Shown here: positions 13,951 to 24,489 of the stretch, one piece after another
How positions within the stretch are numbered: position 1 is the first letter of the stretch
How the letters are laid out: every line of letters starts with the position of its first letter
IMG/VR virus record: IMGVR_UViG_3300022178_003741
Coordinates: 1 to 25,498 of that record
DNA from: a virus
Taxonomy: Duplodnaviria; Caudoviricetes
DNA: 25,498 nucleotides
Reading direction: 5' to 3' (one strand)
Made by a program: the position numbers and the translations under genes
Notes under the pieces: model-generated
What the model saw: the letters and a program-made list of their open reading frames with translations, nothing else
The model's database searches: none
Told to the model about the DNA's origin: nothing

Positions 13951-15833
13951 TAGACAACCTTACCCTTACGGATTTTTATCTGATTCCCTTCCTCATCTTC
14001 ATACATCCCATCGTCATAATCTGAGTAATCTATCTGAGTAAGTTTAGGTGTTGGAGGTGGAGCAGCTACACTCTCTTTTTTAGTTTTTACGGGAGTTATT
14101 ACTGGCTGCTTTCCTTCAAGAACCATCATAGACTTTATAGCATTATCTATAAAATCCTTAACTCTCCCTTCGTCTACACCTAAGATTTCAAAACTTTTAA
14201 ATAAATCCTTCATATAAGAATTATATCTTTTAACACTATCTGGTACTACGTATGAACCACTTATGTTTTCTAGCAGCCCCGTATCAGGACTAAGAGAAAA
14301 GTTTTTAAGCACATCCGTACTCACCATTATTCTATCAGAAGATCTTCCTGTACCCGCACTATACGTTCTTGATGTTTGAGTATTAATTGCTCTTGCTTGA
14401 GCAGCACTTACTCTTTTGTAAGATTCTGAAAACAAAGCCTCTTCTATTTCAGCGTAAGCTTCTAAAGATAAACTTTTTCCTTCTGTACTAGCTATAGAAC
14501 GAGCTAATTTATTTATCCCACCAGCGTTAGCAAAAGCATTTACTTCCTGCTTCGTTCCCGTAATGGAATTTAAGACTATGGCTGCGTTATGTTTTTTGTC
14601 CGTTTCGCTATAACCTCCTCCAAGAGATTCTTGTTTAATCTTTTCCGTAAGCACAGTTACTTTTTGTGCAGGGGTAGACTCATCATCCTCAATATTGAAT
14701 CTTATTTGTCCAGAAATAGCTCTACTTGTAATTTTAGCTATAGCTGATTTTTCCACATCACCTAGAGGTATATTTGAAGACATCATCATTAATGTAGATA
14801 TAGCGGCTGCCCTTTCTTGGGGATCACTAGAAGTAGACATTTTAAATAAACCGTCTCTTAAAATCCTATCATTTTGAGCATCAAACAATTTAACATAAGA
14901 CTCATCTGATAAGAGTTCTTCGGCTCTAGTTATTTCTTCTGTAGCCGCTGTTTTAAAAGCATTTTGTTGTTCGAGAGAATATGTTATACCTTTATCTTTA
15001 GCGTTTTGTTGTTGTTCAAGTATGAGTTGAGGAATACTCCTTTTTTGAAGCTGTATCACATCCAGCATAGCTTCTTTTCCTCCTAACCCCGTTATATTAT
15101 TAAAACCGCCTAAGCCATCAATAGTTGTTAATATAGAGGATGAGAATTGATTTCTAAATTGAGGAAGGGCTGCTGAAAGAAACGCCTTAGTTTTTTTCTT
15201 AGCTTCCATTTCATTATAAGTTCCTTGAGCTATACTTTTGGTAAGAACAGCCGAACTCCTTTGCCTCTCTCCTGCGTCTATTTGACCTTGTATATGGAGG
15301 TTTCTCAACTCCTCCTCAGACATATCTTGTATACCATGTACACTATATCCCGAACTCGAAGAAGACGAAGCAACAGCATCTTCCATTGTCGCTCTTTTTA
15401 CCTTAATATCCATTTCAGCATTTCTTTTTTCTTTTTCTTTAGCGGAGATAGAACTAGACATAGCACCAAGGTTTGTACCTGTTAGCTTATTAGTGCCAGA
15501 CACAATTTCATATTGCATTTCAGGAGGATATCTTGATAAGAATTTTTTATCATACTCAGCTAGTTGTGTTCGTGTGATCCCTTCCTGATTAGCAATACTT
15601 TGTCTTTGCTCTCTATAGCCCATAATACCTTCAGCAATCATCCTTTCTTGAGCAGATTGTTTCTGAGTCAGCTCTTGAAGTTGCGTCTTAGCTTGCTGTT
15701 GCTGATAGAACTGCATTCCAGTGCCTACCGCATTAACAATATCTGCGCCTAAAGAATTAGAAGGAGCAGCAAGTTGTGGAGTTGCGGATGCTGTCTCTGT
15801 TGCTTGTTTAATTTCTCTTGTAAAATCTACCAC
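13950..15833 (-). CDS. Internal virion (DNA ejection) protein (627 aa)
   Basis: Alpha-helical, Q/A/S-rich, Cys-free; follows the largest gene; GTG start overlaps the upstream TAG. Confidence 0.65.
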   Translation of the reverse strand: MVDFTREIKQATETASATPQLAAPSNSLGADIVNAVGTGMQFYQQQQAKTQLQELTQKQSAQERMIAEGIMGYREQRQSIANQEGITRTQLAEYDKKFLSRYPPEMQYEIVSGTNKLTGTNLGAMSSSISAKEKEKRNAEMDIKVKRATMEDAVASSSSSSGYSVHGIQDMSEEELRNLHIQGQIDAGERQRSSAVLTKSIAQGTYNEMEAKKKTKAFLSAALPQFRNQFSSSILTTIDGLGGFNNITGLGGKEAMLDVIQLQKRSIPQLILEQQQNAKDKGITYSLEQQNAFKTAATEEITRAEELLSDESYVKLFDAQNDRILRDGLFKMSTSSDPQERAAAISTLMMMSSNIPLGDVEKSAIAKITSRAISGQIRFNIEDDESTPAQKVTVLTEKIKQESLGGGYSETDKKHNAAIVLNSITGTKQEVNAFANAGGINKLARSIASTEGKSLSLEAYAEIEEALFSESYKRVSAAQARAINTQTSRTYSAGTGRSSDRIMVSTDVLKNFSLSPDTGLLENISGSYVVPDSVKRYNSYMKDLFKSFEILGVDEGRVKDFIDNAIKSMMVLEGKQPVITPVKTKKESVAAPPPTPKLTQIDYSDYDDGMYEDEEGNQIKIRKGKVV

Positions 15834-18800
15834 TATTTCCCCTCTAAGATGGCTGTGCCTTCTCGAATATGTTTAATTGTTTTTCTACCCTCACCTTGAG
15901 GCGCTTTCTGTTCTACCAGTTTGTAATATTCAGTTTTATTCCCTGCAACAGCTTTATCTAAATAAGGCTTAGTGTATATTTCATAATCAGGTGAACCAAA
16001 CTTTAAACCTCTATTATAAAAAGCCCTCTCTATATTAGGATGATAATCAGGGTCAGTAAGAAGTTTTGCAGTAGCAATCCATTTACTCCTAATCTTATTT
16101 TGTTCCATAAAGCCTAACTTTACATCACCATTCCCCATAAGAGCGTTACCTGAAGCAGCACCGATAGCTTCTCTTGCGTAGTTCTGTAACATTGTATCCG
16201 TTATTATACTGGCATTCTTATCCTCACCTTTTAAAGAAACTTTTCCAAAGTTTGTACGGTAGAAGTAATCAGCAGCCATTTCAGATTGTATACCTAAGTT
16301 TTTAGCAAGGGCTTCTGACTTTAAAATTGGAATGTCACTTGTTAAAGAACGTGCCGAAGCATTTCTTCCTGTCCAGTATATAACATAAGACTTAACAGCT
16401 ACATCTAGAAATTTTAAGTTTTCTACAGCTTCTAAAAACACAGCATTTGCCGAATCATCCCAGTCAACTTCCTCCGAAACCCAAGAAGCTTTTATACTAT
16501 AATAGGAAGCCTGAAGACTCTCCGCTATACCTCCCATCATAAAAGCAGAAGCTCCTAACATATTAACTTGAGGGAAATCTGCAAACACAAGATTAGAGAA
16601 CATATCTACAAAGGCAGAAGGACTCATAGTGGCATTTACATCTACACTACCTCCATCCTCAATTGTAGAATTTATAGCTGCATTTAAACCCCCATCAAGA
16701 AACGCATCTAATACAGCTGGCATCTCATCTGGTTCGTATTGTTTACGTATCTGGTCTTCTAAGGCCATACCAAGACCTTTCCCCATACCTCCTTCTAAAC
16801 CAAACAAGCCATATGTAATAAGTGTAGACATGAAAGCTTTATTCCACGTATCCGCATACCTACCTTTATTTTTACCTAAACTTCCAAGATGTTTATCCGT
16901 TACAGGTTTCATTAAAGCATTAATAGGTTTGCGTATAACTTCCCACTGAGGCTCTATTACTGCATCTAAAAAGAACTTATGCACTGCTTGCATAAATTGC
17001 CCAGCCATAGCTACAGGATTAGCTTGGTTTTGATAGGCGAACCTGTCCAAACTATTCTGTGACTGTGTTCTTTTTTGAGCTTGAAAGGATATATCAGCTT
17101 TCCCTTTCCCATCAAACGCTCTCCCTGACTTCCTTAGCTCATTAAACTCTAGTAGATAAGCTAAGGCATTGTTTGTTACAATAGCACTCTCCTGAACACC
17201 TAGAGAAGCTTTTCTAGGAAGGTCATAAAGACCTTTTTTAACTGTTCTTAAACCTGCTTTTGTTTTAGAAAGAGAGACAGTCGCTCCTTCTGTACGAGCT
17301 AAATCTAAGAAATCATTACTTCTTCCTACAGCATCAATCAAACCATTTGTACTAAGCTCTTCAAATAACTCAAGAGCTAAAGCCTCATCTCCAACCATAA
17401 AGTTCAGAGGTTTCATATTGCCTGTTTTAAAAGCTAACAATACAGCAGGAAGCATAGCTACAGCTTGAAGTCCAGAAGTTCCACCTGTAGACATATTATA
17501 GAAAACAGGTACTAAGTTCTGAAGACCTTGATATAAACCATTCCATACAATATATAATTCAGAAGTTAATCTTTGTAAATCTGTTGCTGCTTTTTGAGTA
17601 TTAGGGTCAAATTTTAGAGGGGATAATATAGGACGAAGAACCATATCTACACTTTTAAAAATTTCACCCCTTGTATTTGTCCGTAAAGATTTTAAATAAG
17701 CATGATGGTTTATGAATTCAGTTCGCATATCTGGATTAGCATTAAGCTTTTTCATACCCTCCTTACTAATCATATCATCCCAAACAGGAAGAAATTCTGT
17801 AGTAGCTCCTTCTTTAAGGTACTCTGCAAAACCTTTGTTAAATTTAATACGCACTGCTTGGTAAGCATTATAATCTAAAGCTGAAGATAGGCTGCCAATA
17901 CTTTTAAATAAGGACTCAAATCCATTTAATGTATCTGCACCTTCTACCCCATCCGAACCTTTAACTAGCTCTCCTCGATGCTTTAAATGGCTAGCTCCAT
18001 ATCCAAACTGGACACTTTCACTATCTCCAAATATATCACTTTCTAAAGCCTCCGTTTCTCTGCTTTGTTTAGCTATTGCGCCTTCTGTTTTACTTGCTAT
18101 TTTTTCAGCTTGGGCTTTTGTTTTAACTATATGAGTAATAGTAGGTGCTGATATTGCTTTACCATCAACCATCTTAGCAGCTTTAGCAGGGGCTTCTACT
18201 ACCCAACCTGCATCCCGATACATTCTATCAATATGACCTTTTCGTCTATTTAGTGTACGACCCGCTTCTAAAGGCTTTATCTGTTTAGGCTGCACAATAG
18301 AATAAGTATAAAACTCTTCTCCGACTTTTTTAGGAACACCTAGTTTAACGACAATAGCTCCTTCAGGTAAATCTTCTATATCAATAACCTTCTTTGAAAG
18401 AGAGTCGTATATTACATCAGAGTCAATTGTATCTTTTTCTACAGCCCTACCAATACCTAAGTCTTCTCCATCTTCAAAATCTATGTACTTCTGTTGTGCT
18501 GTACGTAGTTTGTTGTAGTAGTTCTTTTCTCGTATTGCATAAATGTCATTATAAATGCCACGTATATCTCTATAGGCTTTAAAAACTCCTTCAGGAACAT
18601 CCAAACTTAAGTCAGCTTTAATGCTGGCGAGGTCAAGCCACTCTTCCTCTAAAGAATCTCCCCTTTCAAGAAGATCTAATAAAAGTTTATTTTCTTCTGA
18701 CGAAAGAACTTTTACTGCATTTTTAGCTTTGTCTTCCATCTTTTGCATTAGACTTCTGTTGACATTTTTCATAGCCGACAAACCGAGAATTAAATCTTCT

Positions 18801-21262
18801 TCAATATTTCTATAACGATTTAAAGCCCAAGAGATAGCCCAAGAAGGTGTACTCCCTTTTATATCTAAACCTCTAACATCAGAGTAAGGGTTGTAATAAT
18901 GGTCTAACTCAGTTTCAACAAAGAATCCATTTTCTTTTTTTACGACTTTGTACTTATAACCAACAGCAGCTTTTTCCATAGCATCTGTAGCTTCATCGCT
19001 TGTTTTAAAACCACCTTTAGCTCCATCCCCTAATAAAAAAGTAAAAGTTCCTAAACTTTCCGGAACATCATTATGTTTGAAACCTGTAGCTGAATAATCA
19101 GGAGTAAGGGAAGTCCCCATAGGCTTTTCTAATTCTCTTCCTAACGCTTGGCCTATACTGTGCTTTATACCTTCCTCTGGAAGTATATTCTCATCTACAA
19201 AAATAAGGTCATTAAGCATTCTTCTTTCATTTACATAAAGAAAACCTTGCTCTGTTTCAGGGGTAGGTGTAGGGATTAATCTTTCAGCTACCTCCTCTGG
19301 AGTCAAACCCGTTTCTTCTGCAAGACCTTTTAAACCTTTAGTCCCCCTAACAATATTAAGTTTATCAGGAACAAACTTATACAACGTATCAAACAAACCT
19401 TGATTAGGTCGTAGTCCCGTAGGATTAATTGTAGGACTTTGCATACTGCTAACTGCAAACTCACCATTAGGTACAAGTACATCAGAAGTTTTTAATCTAC
19501 CATCTCTTAGCATTGTCTCTGTACGAGAAAGGTCACTTTCTGCTTTTGCAGCAATATCAAAATCTGTGATTAGTTCTTGATTAACTTTCTGTCTATCTTT
19601 TATAGTAGTTTTAAATGCATCATTTTCAGCCTTAACTTCTTTTAAAGCCGTTTTAAATTTAATCTTTTTGTCTTTAGATAACAATCGAGCTTTCTTATTT
19701 AAGTCCTCTGATTCTGTTTTATTTAATAACACTGCTAAATCTTTCTTTTCTGATTCAAGGGCTTTACGTTCTTTACGAGAACCTTTAGCAGAAGCAGATT
19801 TAGTGAGAGCATCTCTTTTATCTGTAGTTTTTTCTATAATTTGAGGAGCAGAAGGACTAGTCCCTTCCATTCTATATTGAGCATTATCAGGGGACAGTCG
19901 CCTTATAGCTTCTGAGCGCAATAACCCTTGCATTAATTCTTCTTGCTCTTTAGCAGCTTCAGCTAAATTTCTACTAGAATGGATACGCCGCATTAGAAAC
20001 TTACCCATTGCTCCTATGCTCTTAGCTAAACCAGCAGCCTGTGTTATAAAGAGAGTTCCATTAAAACCTGTTTCGAGCATAGCCCCTACTTCAGCTTCAG
20101 TGTAACCCTCTGACTTCATTCTTGCACCTTGAAGTACAGCGTTGTATAGGGTATCAATTTGCCCACTAGCAATGAAGGAGTTGTTGTTATTAAATAAATA
20201 TGTTTCTTGGTTCTTGGCTGCTTCAACCATTGACTCCATAAGAGCCATTTGTTTATCAAAAGGGAGTCCATCCATCTTGTCTAAGTTGGCGTATATATCA
20301 GAAGCCCCTTTTAAAAGTTCTTCTGAGCCAGCTCCTACAAGAGTTGTAAGCTCTAAAAAATCAACAAACATACCTAAATAAGTAGCACTACTATCGGCTT
20401 CATTTTGCATTTTAGAAAGGTTGTTAGACATTAAGTTATTCTTAACGGACTCTCGTAGAACGGGATGTAAACTTTCTATATCCGTCTCACCTTCGTAACC
20501 TTTTGTTGTACGGATTATATTTTTTACATAAGAAGCTCTTTGCTCTGCTAATGTAGGTTTACGTTGAAGTTCTTGTTCTAACTCTTTTAGTAACACCCCC
20601 ACTTCTTTTGGTGTGTTAGCTTCTTCTATATTCTTTTCATATAGAGAAAACATATCCCCATAGAATTCTTCTCCAAAAGCATTAGAGGCTTCGCTTACCA
20701 TCTGGTAGTCACCTGCTTTAATTTGCTTTTGTATTACTTCTACAGGTGAGCCTGTTTTAGCACTGGCTATAACAGCTTGTTCTTTAGAGGCATGCTCCGT
20801 AAACATAGGCATGAAAGGAATGGATTCTACTTCTCCAAAATCAAATGCTTCAAGTTCAGCTTCGTCCCCAAAAGAAAAATCTTGTGATGTATCTAAGACA
20901 ACATCAGGTTCTCTTTGCTCCCATACTTTACCACCTTGAAGTCCTTCTGGAGGATTAGGGTCAACTCTTAATGACTCTCCTTTCTTTGCTCCAGCTTTTC
21001 CTTCTTCCATCTCAAGGGCTTCAAAAGCAGTCTCTAGGGATTTGACAGCTTCAGGATTAAATCGGCTTAAGGTGCTATTCCCTGCTTCTGTAGTAGGTTT
21101 ATCTGAGACAAGTTCTGTTTCTAATGCTCCAGCTTTACGAATATCATCCAGAGTATAACCCTTAGCCTTTAAGTCCTTAGCCTTCTCTACAGCCTTAGCT
21201 TGATTATCTTTAGCTTCAGGTTGCGACTCAATTGTACCTTCTTTTGTTTCTACTTGACGCAT
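15833..21262 (-). CDS. Large internal virion (DNA ejection) protein (1809 aa)
   Basis: Very large, Cys-free and largely helical, with hydrophobic C-terminal segments (LITYGLFGLEGGMG); sits in the core-protein block. Confidence 0.7.
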   Translation of the reverse strand: MRQVETKEGTIESQPEAKDNQAKAVEKAKDLKAKGYTLDDIRKAGALETELVSDKPTTEAGNSTLSRFNPEAVKSLETAFEALEMEEGKAGAKKGESLRVDPNPPEGLQGGKVWEQREPDVVLDTSQDFSFGDEAELEAFDFGEVESIPFMPMFTEHASKEQAVIASAKTGSPVEVIQKQIKAGDYQMVSEASNAFGEEFYGDMFSLYEKNIEEANTPKEVGVLLKELEQELQRKPTLAEQRASYVKNIIRTTKGYEGETDIESLHPVLRESVKNNLMSNNLSKMQNEADSSATYLGMFVDFLELTTLVGAGSEELLKGASDIYANLDKMDGLPFDKQMALMESMVEAAKNQETYLFNNNNSFIASGQIDTLYNAVLQGARMKSEGYTEAEVGAMLETGFNGTLFITQAAGLAKSIGAMGKFLMRRIHSSRNLAEAAKEQEELMQGLLRSEAIRRLSPDNAQYRMEGTSPSAPQIIEKTTDKRDALTKSASAKGSRKERKALESEKKDLAVLLNKTESEDLNKKARLLSKDKKIKFKTALKEVKAENDAFKTTIKDRQKVNQELITDFDIAAKAESDLSRTETMLRDGRLKTSDVLVPNGEFAVSSMQSPTINPTGLRPNQGLFDTLYKFVPDKLNIVRGTKGLKGLAEETGLTPEEVAERLIPTPTPETEQGFLYVNERRMLNDLIFVDENILPEEGIKHSIGQALGRELEKPMGTSLTPDYSATGFKHNDVPESLGTFTFLLGDGAKGGFKTSDEATDAMEKAAVGYKYKVVKKENGFFVETELDHYYNPYSDVRGLDIKGSTPSWAISWALNRYRNIEEDLILGLSAMKNVNRSLMQKMEDKAKNAVKVLSSEENKLLLDLLERGDSLEEEWLDLASIKADLSLDVPEGVFKAYRDIRGIYNDIYAIREKNYYNKLRTAQQKYIDFEDGEDLGIGRAVEKDTIDSDVIYDSLSKKVIDIEDLPEGAIVVKLGVPKKVGEEFYTYSIVQPKQIKPLEAGRTLNRRKGHIDRMYRDAGWVVEAPAKAAKMVDGKAISAPTITHIVKTKAQAEKIASKTEGAIAKQSRETEALESDIFGDSESVQFGYGASHLKHRGELVKGSDGVEGADTLNGFESLFKSIGSLSSALDYNAYQAVRIKFNKGFAEYLKEGATTEFLPVWDDMISKEGMKKLNANPDMRTEFINHHAYLKSLRTNTRGEIFKSVDMVLRPILSPLKFDPNTQKAATDLQRLTSELYIVWNGLYQGLQNLVPVFYNMSTGGTSGLQAVAMLPAVLLAFKTGNMKPLNFMVGDEALALELFEELSTNGLIDAVGRSNDFLDLARTEGATVSLSKTKAGLRTVKKGLYDLPRKASLGVQESAIVTNNALAYLLEFNELRKSGRAFDGKGKADISFQAQKRTQSQNSLDRFAYQNQANPVAMAGQFMQAVHKFFLDAVIEPQWEVIRKPINALMKPVTDKHLGSLGKNKGRYADTWNKAFMSTLITYGLFGLEGGMGKGLGMALEDQIRKQYEPDEMPAVLDAFLDGGLNAAINSTIEDGGSVDVNATMSPSAFVDMFSNLVFADFPQVNMLGASAFMMGGIAESLQASYYSIKASWVSEEVDWDDSANAVFLEAVENLKFLDVAVKSYVIYWTGRNASARSLTSDIPILKSEALAKNLGIQSEMAADYFYRTNFGKVSLKGEDKNASIITDTMLQNYAREAIGAASGNALMGNGDVKLGFMEQNKIRSKWIATAKLLTDPDYHPNIERAFYNRGLKFGSPDYEIYTKPYLDKAVAGNKTEYYKLVEQKAPQGEGRKTIKHIREGTAILEGK

Positions 21263-21267
21263 TTACA

Positions 21268-21822
21268 TTACCCTCCAAAAGGTGAAGGAGGAAGAGGATT
21301 AGAAAAAATCCCACTAGAAACATGACTTGCATTAGAGCCACTCATTCCACCCTGCACACCATAACCACTTCCTGATGATGCTGCTGGAGTAGCTGGAGAC
21401 GTATTAACCAGACTACTGCCCATCATTGCTAAATTCGAAGCTGCTCCAAACATAGATGCTTGCCCTGAATATTGACTCGCTTTATTCATATTACCTGCAA
21501 TCTTTGTTTGAAAGAAATCCATCTGATTACCAAATTGTAAATTACCTGCTGTAAGTGATCCAACAGCACTATACCCACCTTGCGCTGCGCTACTCCCTGA
21601 AATGCCTCCTGTGGCTGCTCCTTGGACTATTTGTGCTTGAGCTATACGTTGCTCTCGTACAGCTTTCATCTGCTCTCTGGCTTGCTGCGCTCTCCTTACA
21701 CCTTCCTGATTACGAGCTGCTTTCCGTTGCGCTTTACGGGACTTCTCCCCAACAACAAGAGAACCCACAGTAGCTGCGGCTGCAACCGCAGCATAGGTAG
21801 CTGCTGATATACCAAAAGTCAT
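21268..21822 (-). CDS. Small internal virion protein (T7 gp14-like position)
   Basis: Hydrophobic Ala-rich N-terminus, basic Q/R-rich helix, Gly/Ser/Ala-rich remainder. Confidence 0.7.
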   Translation of the reverse strand: MTFGISAATYAAVAAAATVGSLVVGEKSRKAQRKAARNQEGVRRAQQAREQMKAVREQRIAQAQIVQGAATGGISGSSAAQGGYSAVGSLTAGNLQFGNQMDFFQTKIAGNMNKASQYSGQASMFGAASNLAMMGSSLVNTSPATPAASSGSGYGVQGGMSGSNASHVSSGIFSNPLPPSPFGG

Positions 21823-22265
21823 TTTAATATCTCCAATAGTTCTTTTTTATCTGTAATAATATGCCTGTTTGCCACTTCTTCGGTATCAGTACAGTTATCT
21901 AAATTTAAATGTACAGTAATCCAAGTACAATCTGTATCAGCATATACACATCTTTTAGCATGGGGTGTAGAAGTAAATACAAAAGGTGCTACAGCTTTAA
22001 CTTCTCCATCTTGACTAACTATCGTACTTGTACCTTCAGCTAAAATAGTGAAGTGGGAATACTTATGCATCTCACCTACGACAGCTACTCCTTGAGGAAT
22101 AAATAAAGAACGAAGGTACATACCATCTGCAAAATAATGAATAGGCTCTAAATCTTCTTTTGTAAGTTTCTCATCTTCGGGTATATCCTCCATAGCTTCT
22201 TGTAAAGAAAAAGCTTTTTGTAAAATAGTCTGGCCTTCTACAAATTCCATCATTTGACTAATCAC
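21819..22265 (-). CDS. Cupin-fold protein in the morphogenesis operon (start GTG22265 or ATG22253)
   Basis: HYFADGMYLRSLFIPQG...GEMHKYSHFTILAEG...APFVFTS...WITVH double-stranded beta-helix pattern. Confidence 0.65.
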   Translation of the reverse strand: MISQMMEFVEGQTILQKAFSLQEAMEDIPEDEKLTKEDLEPIHYFADGMYLRSLFIPQGVAVVGEMHKYSHFTILAEGTSTIVSQDGEVKAVAPFVFTSTPHAKRCVYADTDCTWITVHLNLDNCTDTEEVANRHIITDKKELLEILK

Positions 22266-23479
22266 ATTCTAGCCCTCATGGTGTAACCTACGGAGTACCC
22301 TAAGAGTTGCATATCTTTTTCTGGCTCTGTTTGAAATACGAATTGAACAGCATCACCATTACCCCGAATATTAAATTTCTTAGATAAAATACTTTCTCCT
22401 GTATCAAATACATAAGGATAAGCATCAGGTATGAATCCTCTTTGCATTGGTTTATACAATTGCATAACTTTACCTTTGCCTACACCATTAATTACTCCTG
22501 TGTATTTTCCATACACTGCGCTGTTATCAAAATCCCAACGAGCTTGAAATAAACAACTACTAGGGTAATCAAAGATATAACTGTTTGTTCCATATCCTGT
22601 TATATTCTTTTCTGTCTTATTAAAAAACACTCTAGCTTGTGATACAGCTTTCTTATTAGAAAATTTACCTAGTGTCTCATACCCTGTTACAAGGTACGCA
22701 TCTTGGTCTGTACCAAAATCTTTAAACAAGGTGTTCTTACGAAAAGAAAAAGAGTACATAACATCTGTAGCTGTTTGAATAGAAGATGGATAGTAAAGAG
22801 CATTCGCTACAGTAAAAGGTCTACTAAGCTTATAAGTGGGACTTTGTTGTTTTTGTGGATAAAATGCTACTATAGTTGTGTCTAAGATTAATCCTCTACC
22901 TTCTATTTTAGGTAGCCACCACTCACATTGTTTATTAGCAGAGTTGTATACACCTTTAGCATCTTTACCTACAAGGTTAGTTAAATAATGTGTACGTATA
23001 GATGCTTCGGTAATATCTACGGCATCCACTGTACCAAACTGGTTAATACTTAATTGCATAATAGCATTATTAGAAAAATAATATATCTCATTACCTGCTG
23101 ATACAATACTATGAGGACTATCTATACCACGGTCTGTAACTTTTTCTACGTTAAAGGCTGTAGCTTTAAATCCTCCGTCAGGATTACCTATATACCAAAC
23201 ACCGTTACCAGCAAAGATAAGAATACCTGCACTATAATCCTGCATAGCTTTTATACGCACAGTATCTTCTAGCTCTAATACACCACCATCTGTATCTAGT
23301 AAATCTGGAAATTCAGTGCTTGTAGGGTCATTCTGTTGATAACATCTACCTGCATCATCTTCTGTTTGCATTACCTGACTGTAATACACTAAACTATCTA
23401 CAGCATAAAAGAATCGACCAAAAGCCCCTGCACAAGACACTGGGTTTTTAAAATCTTTTTTAGGGCTATCTACTGCCAT
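22262..23479 (-). CDS. Tail tubular protein B/nozzle-like, C-terminal part (405 aa)
   Basis: Beta-propeller-like segments (FGRFFY, LIFAGNGVWYI, IYYFSNNAI); C-terminal IRGNGDAVQFVF...MQLLGYS; own SD AAGGA. Confidence 0.75.
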   Translation of the reverse strand: MAVDSPKKDFKNPVSCAGAFGRFFYAVDSLVYYSQVMQTEDDAGRCYQQNDPTSTEFPDLLDTDGGVLELEDTVRIKAMQDYSAGILIFAGNGVWYIGNPDGGFKATAFNVEKVTDRGIDSPHSIVSAGNEIYYFSNNAIMQLSINQFGTVDAVDITEASIRTHYLTNLVGKDAKGVYNSANKQCEWWLPKIEGRGLILDTTIVAFYPQKQQSPTYKLSRPFTVANALYYPSSIQTATDVMYSFSFRKNTLFKDFGTDQDAYLVTGYETLGKFSNKKAVSQARVFFNKTEKNITGYGTNSYIFDYPSSCLFQARWDFDNSAVYGKYTGVINGVGKGKVMQLYKPMQRGFIPDAYPYVFDTGESILSKKFNIRGNGDAVQFVFQTEPEKDMQLLGYSVGYTMRARM

Positions 23480-23506
23480 GTGACATCCTTAATTTTGTAG
23501 TTACCA

Positions 23507-24487
23507 TTATTTCAGATCTCGATCATCAAATGGTTCATAAGGGGGTATCCCTCCACCACCATCAGGATTAGTTGGGTCAGTAGGTGTATCAGGGTTGTAA
23601 GTAGGGATAGAAGGAAAAGAAGTTGACCCAAGAGCAGTTAAAGTTGTATTAGGCGCTCCATCTATATTAGGAGTAAGCATTCTTACATTCCTATCAAAAG
23701 CGTTAACGTTATAAACGTAGTGACCCCTACCTGCCTTACTATTACCAAAGTTAGCTCCTTCTACATCTTTAGAAGAAAACTCTGTATTTCCATTACTATT
23801 AATAATAACACCAATAGAAGCTACTTGAGCATTGCTTGGATAAACACCTGTGTAATCAAAATAAGCTGTAATAACACGTTTATCAGCGTGAGCTGCCTCC
23901 GCATCAGGTCTTATTAAATGCCAATCCACATTATATAAATTGTATTCGTGATTGTCAGTTAAATTTGTGGGGTTGTTTGATATTTGTAATCCATCATCTA
24001 CTAATTCAAAATCCCGTACATGAAGATTTATGTTACTAAGAGTTATCTCTTTAGTTAACTCCGTATATTTACACAAAACAGGACTCTCTCCTGTATCTGT
24101 AGTAATAGCTAAGTAGTTAGTTGTTTCTGCAAATTGTGTTTTAACAACCGATGTAGATAGAATTGTTTCAGATATAAATGTAAAATCGGCATCTACCGCA
24201 TGGAAACGAATAGCTGTTTGAGGTGTAGCATCTGTAACAATAACACATACAATAGATGGACCTCTCCAATAAAATACATTTTCTATTTCTGCCTCATTAC
24301 GTGTGACAGTAAAAGGTGTAACTAACTCCTCAAACCCTAATCTTCTTTTACGAATTAATCCGTCTTTATCAACTATAAAATTTAATTCATCCGCTGTAAA
24401 GCCTTCAGGAAAAGTTAAAGCCGATGACTCTGTATTTAAACCTTTTATTAAAGAAAGGTAGTCTTTTTGACCTGAAGCTCTAGGCAT
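23507..24487 (-). CDS. Tail tubular protein B/nozzle-like, N-terminal part (326 aa)
   Basis: N-terminal KGLNTE....FPE....DELNF....DG....RRLG typical of tubular B starts; ends in a Pro/Gly-rich tail. Confidence 0.75.
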   Translation of the reverse strand: MPRASGQKDYLSLIKGLNTESSALTFPEGFTADELNFIVDKDGLIRKRRLGFEELVTPFTVTRNEAEIENVFYWRGPSIVCVIVTDATPQTAIRFHAVDADFTFISETILSTSVVKTQFAETTNYLAITTDTGESPVLCKYTELTKEITLSNINLHVRDFELVDDGLQISNNPTNLTDNHEYNLYNVDWHLIRPDAEAAHADKRVITAYFDYTGVYPSNAQVASIGVIINSNGNTEFSSKDVEGANFGNSKAGRGHYVYNVNAFDRNVRMLTPNIDGAPNTTLTALGSTSFPSIPTYNPDTPTDPTNPDGGGGIPPYEPFDDRDLK

Positions 24488-24489
24488 CT

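Noticed and set aside
15833-21262. 1809-aa protein as a virion RNA polymerase or lysozyme fusion (ALEMEEG resembles a lysozyme EG motif)
   Set aside because: No DxDGD-type or T7-RNAP motifs were found, and the EG is not followed by the D/T residues of T4-type lysozymes
23480-23509. Stop-codon readthrough, recoding or an intron joining the two tubular B halves
   Set aside because: Three in-frame TAA codons, a gap of only 27 nt and a separate SD; all other genes translate intact with the standard code
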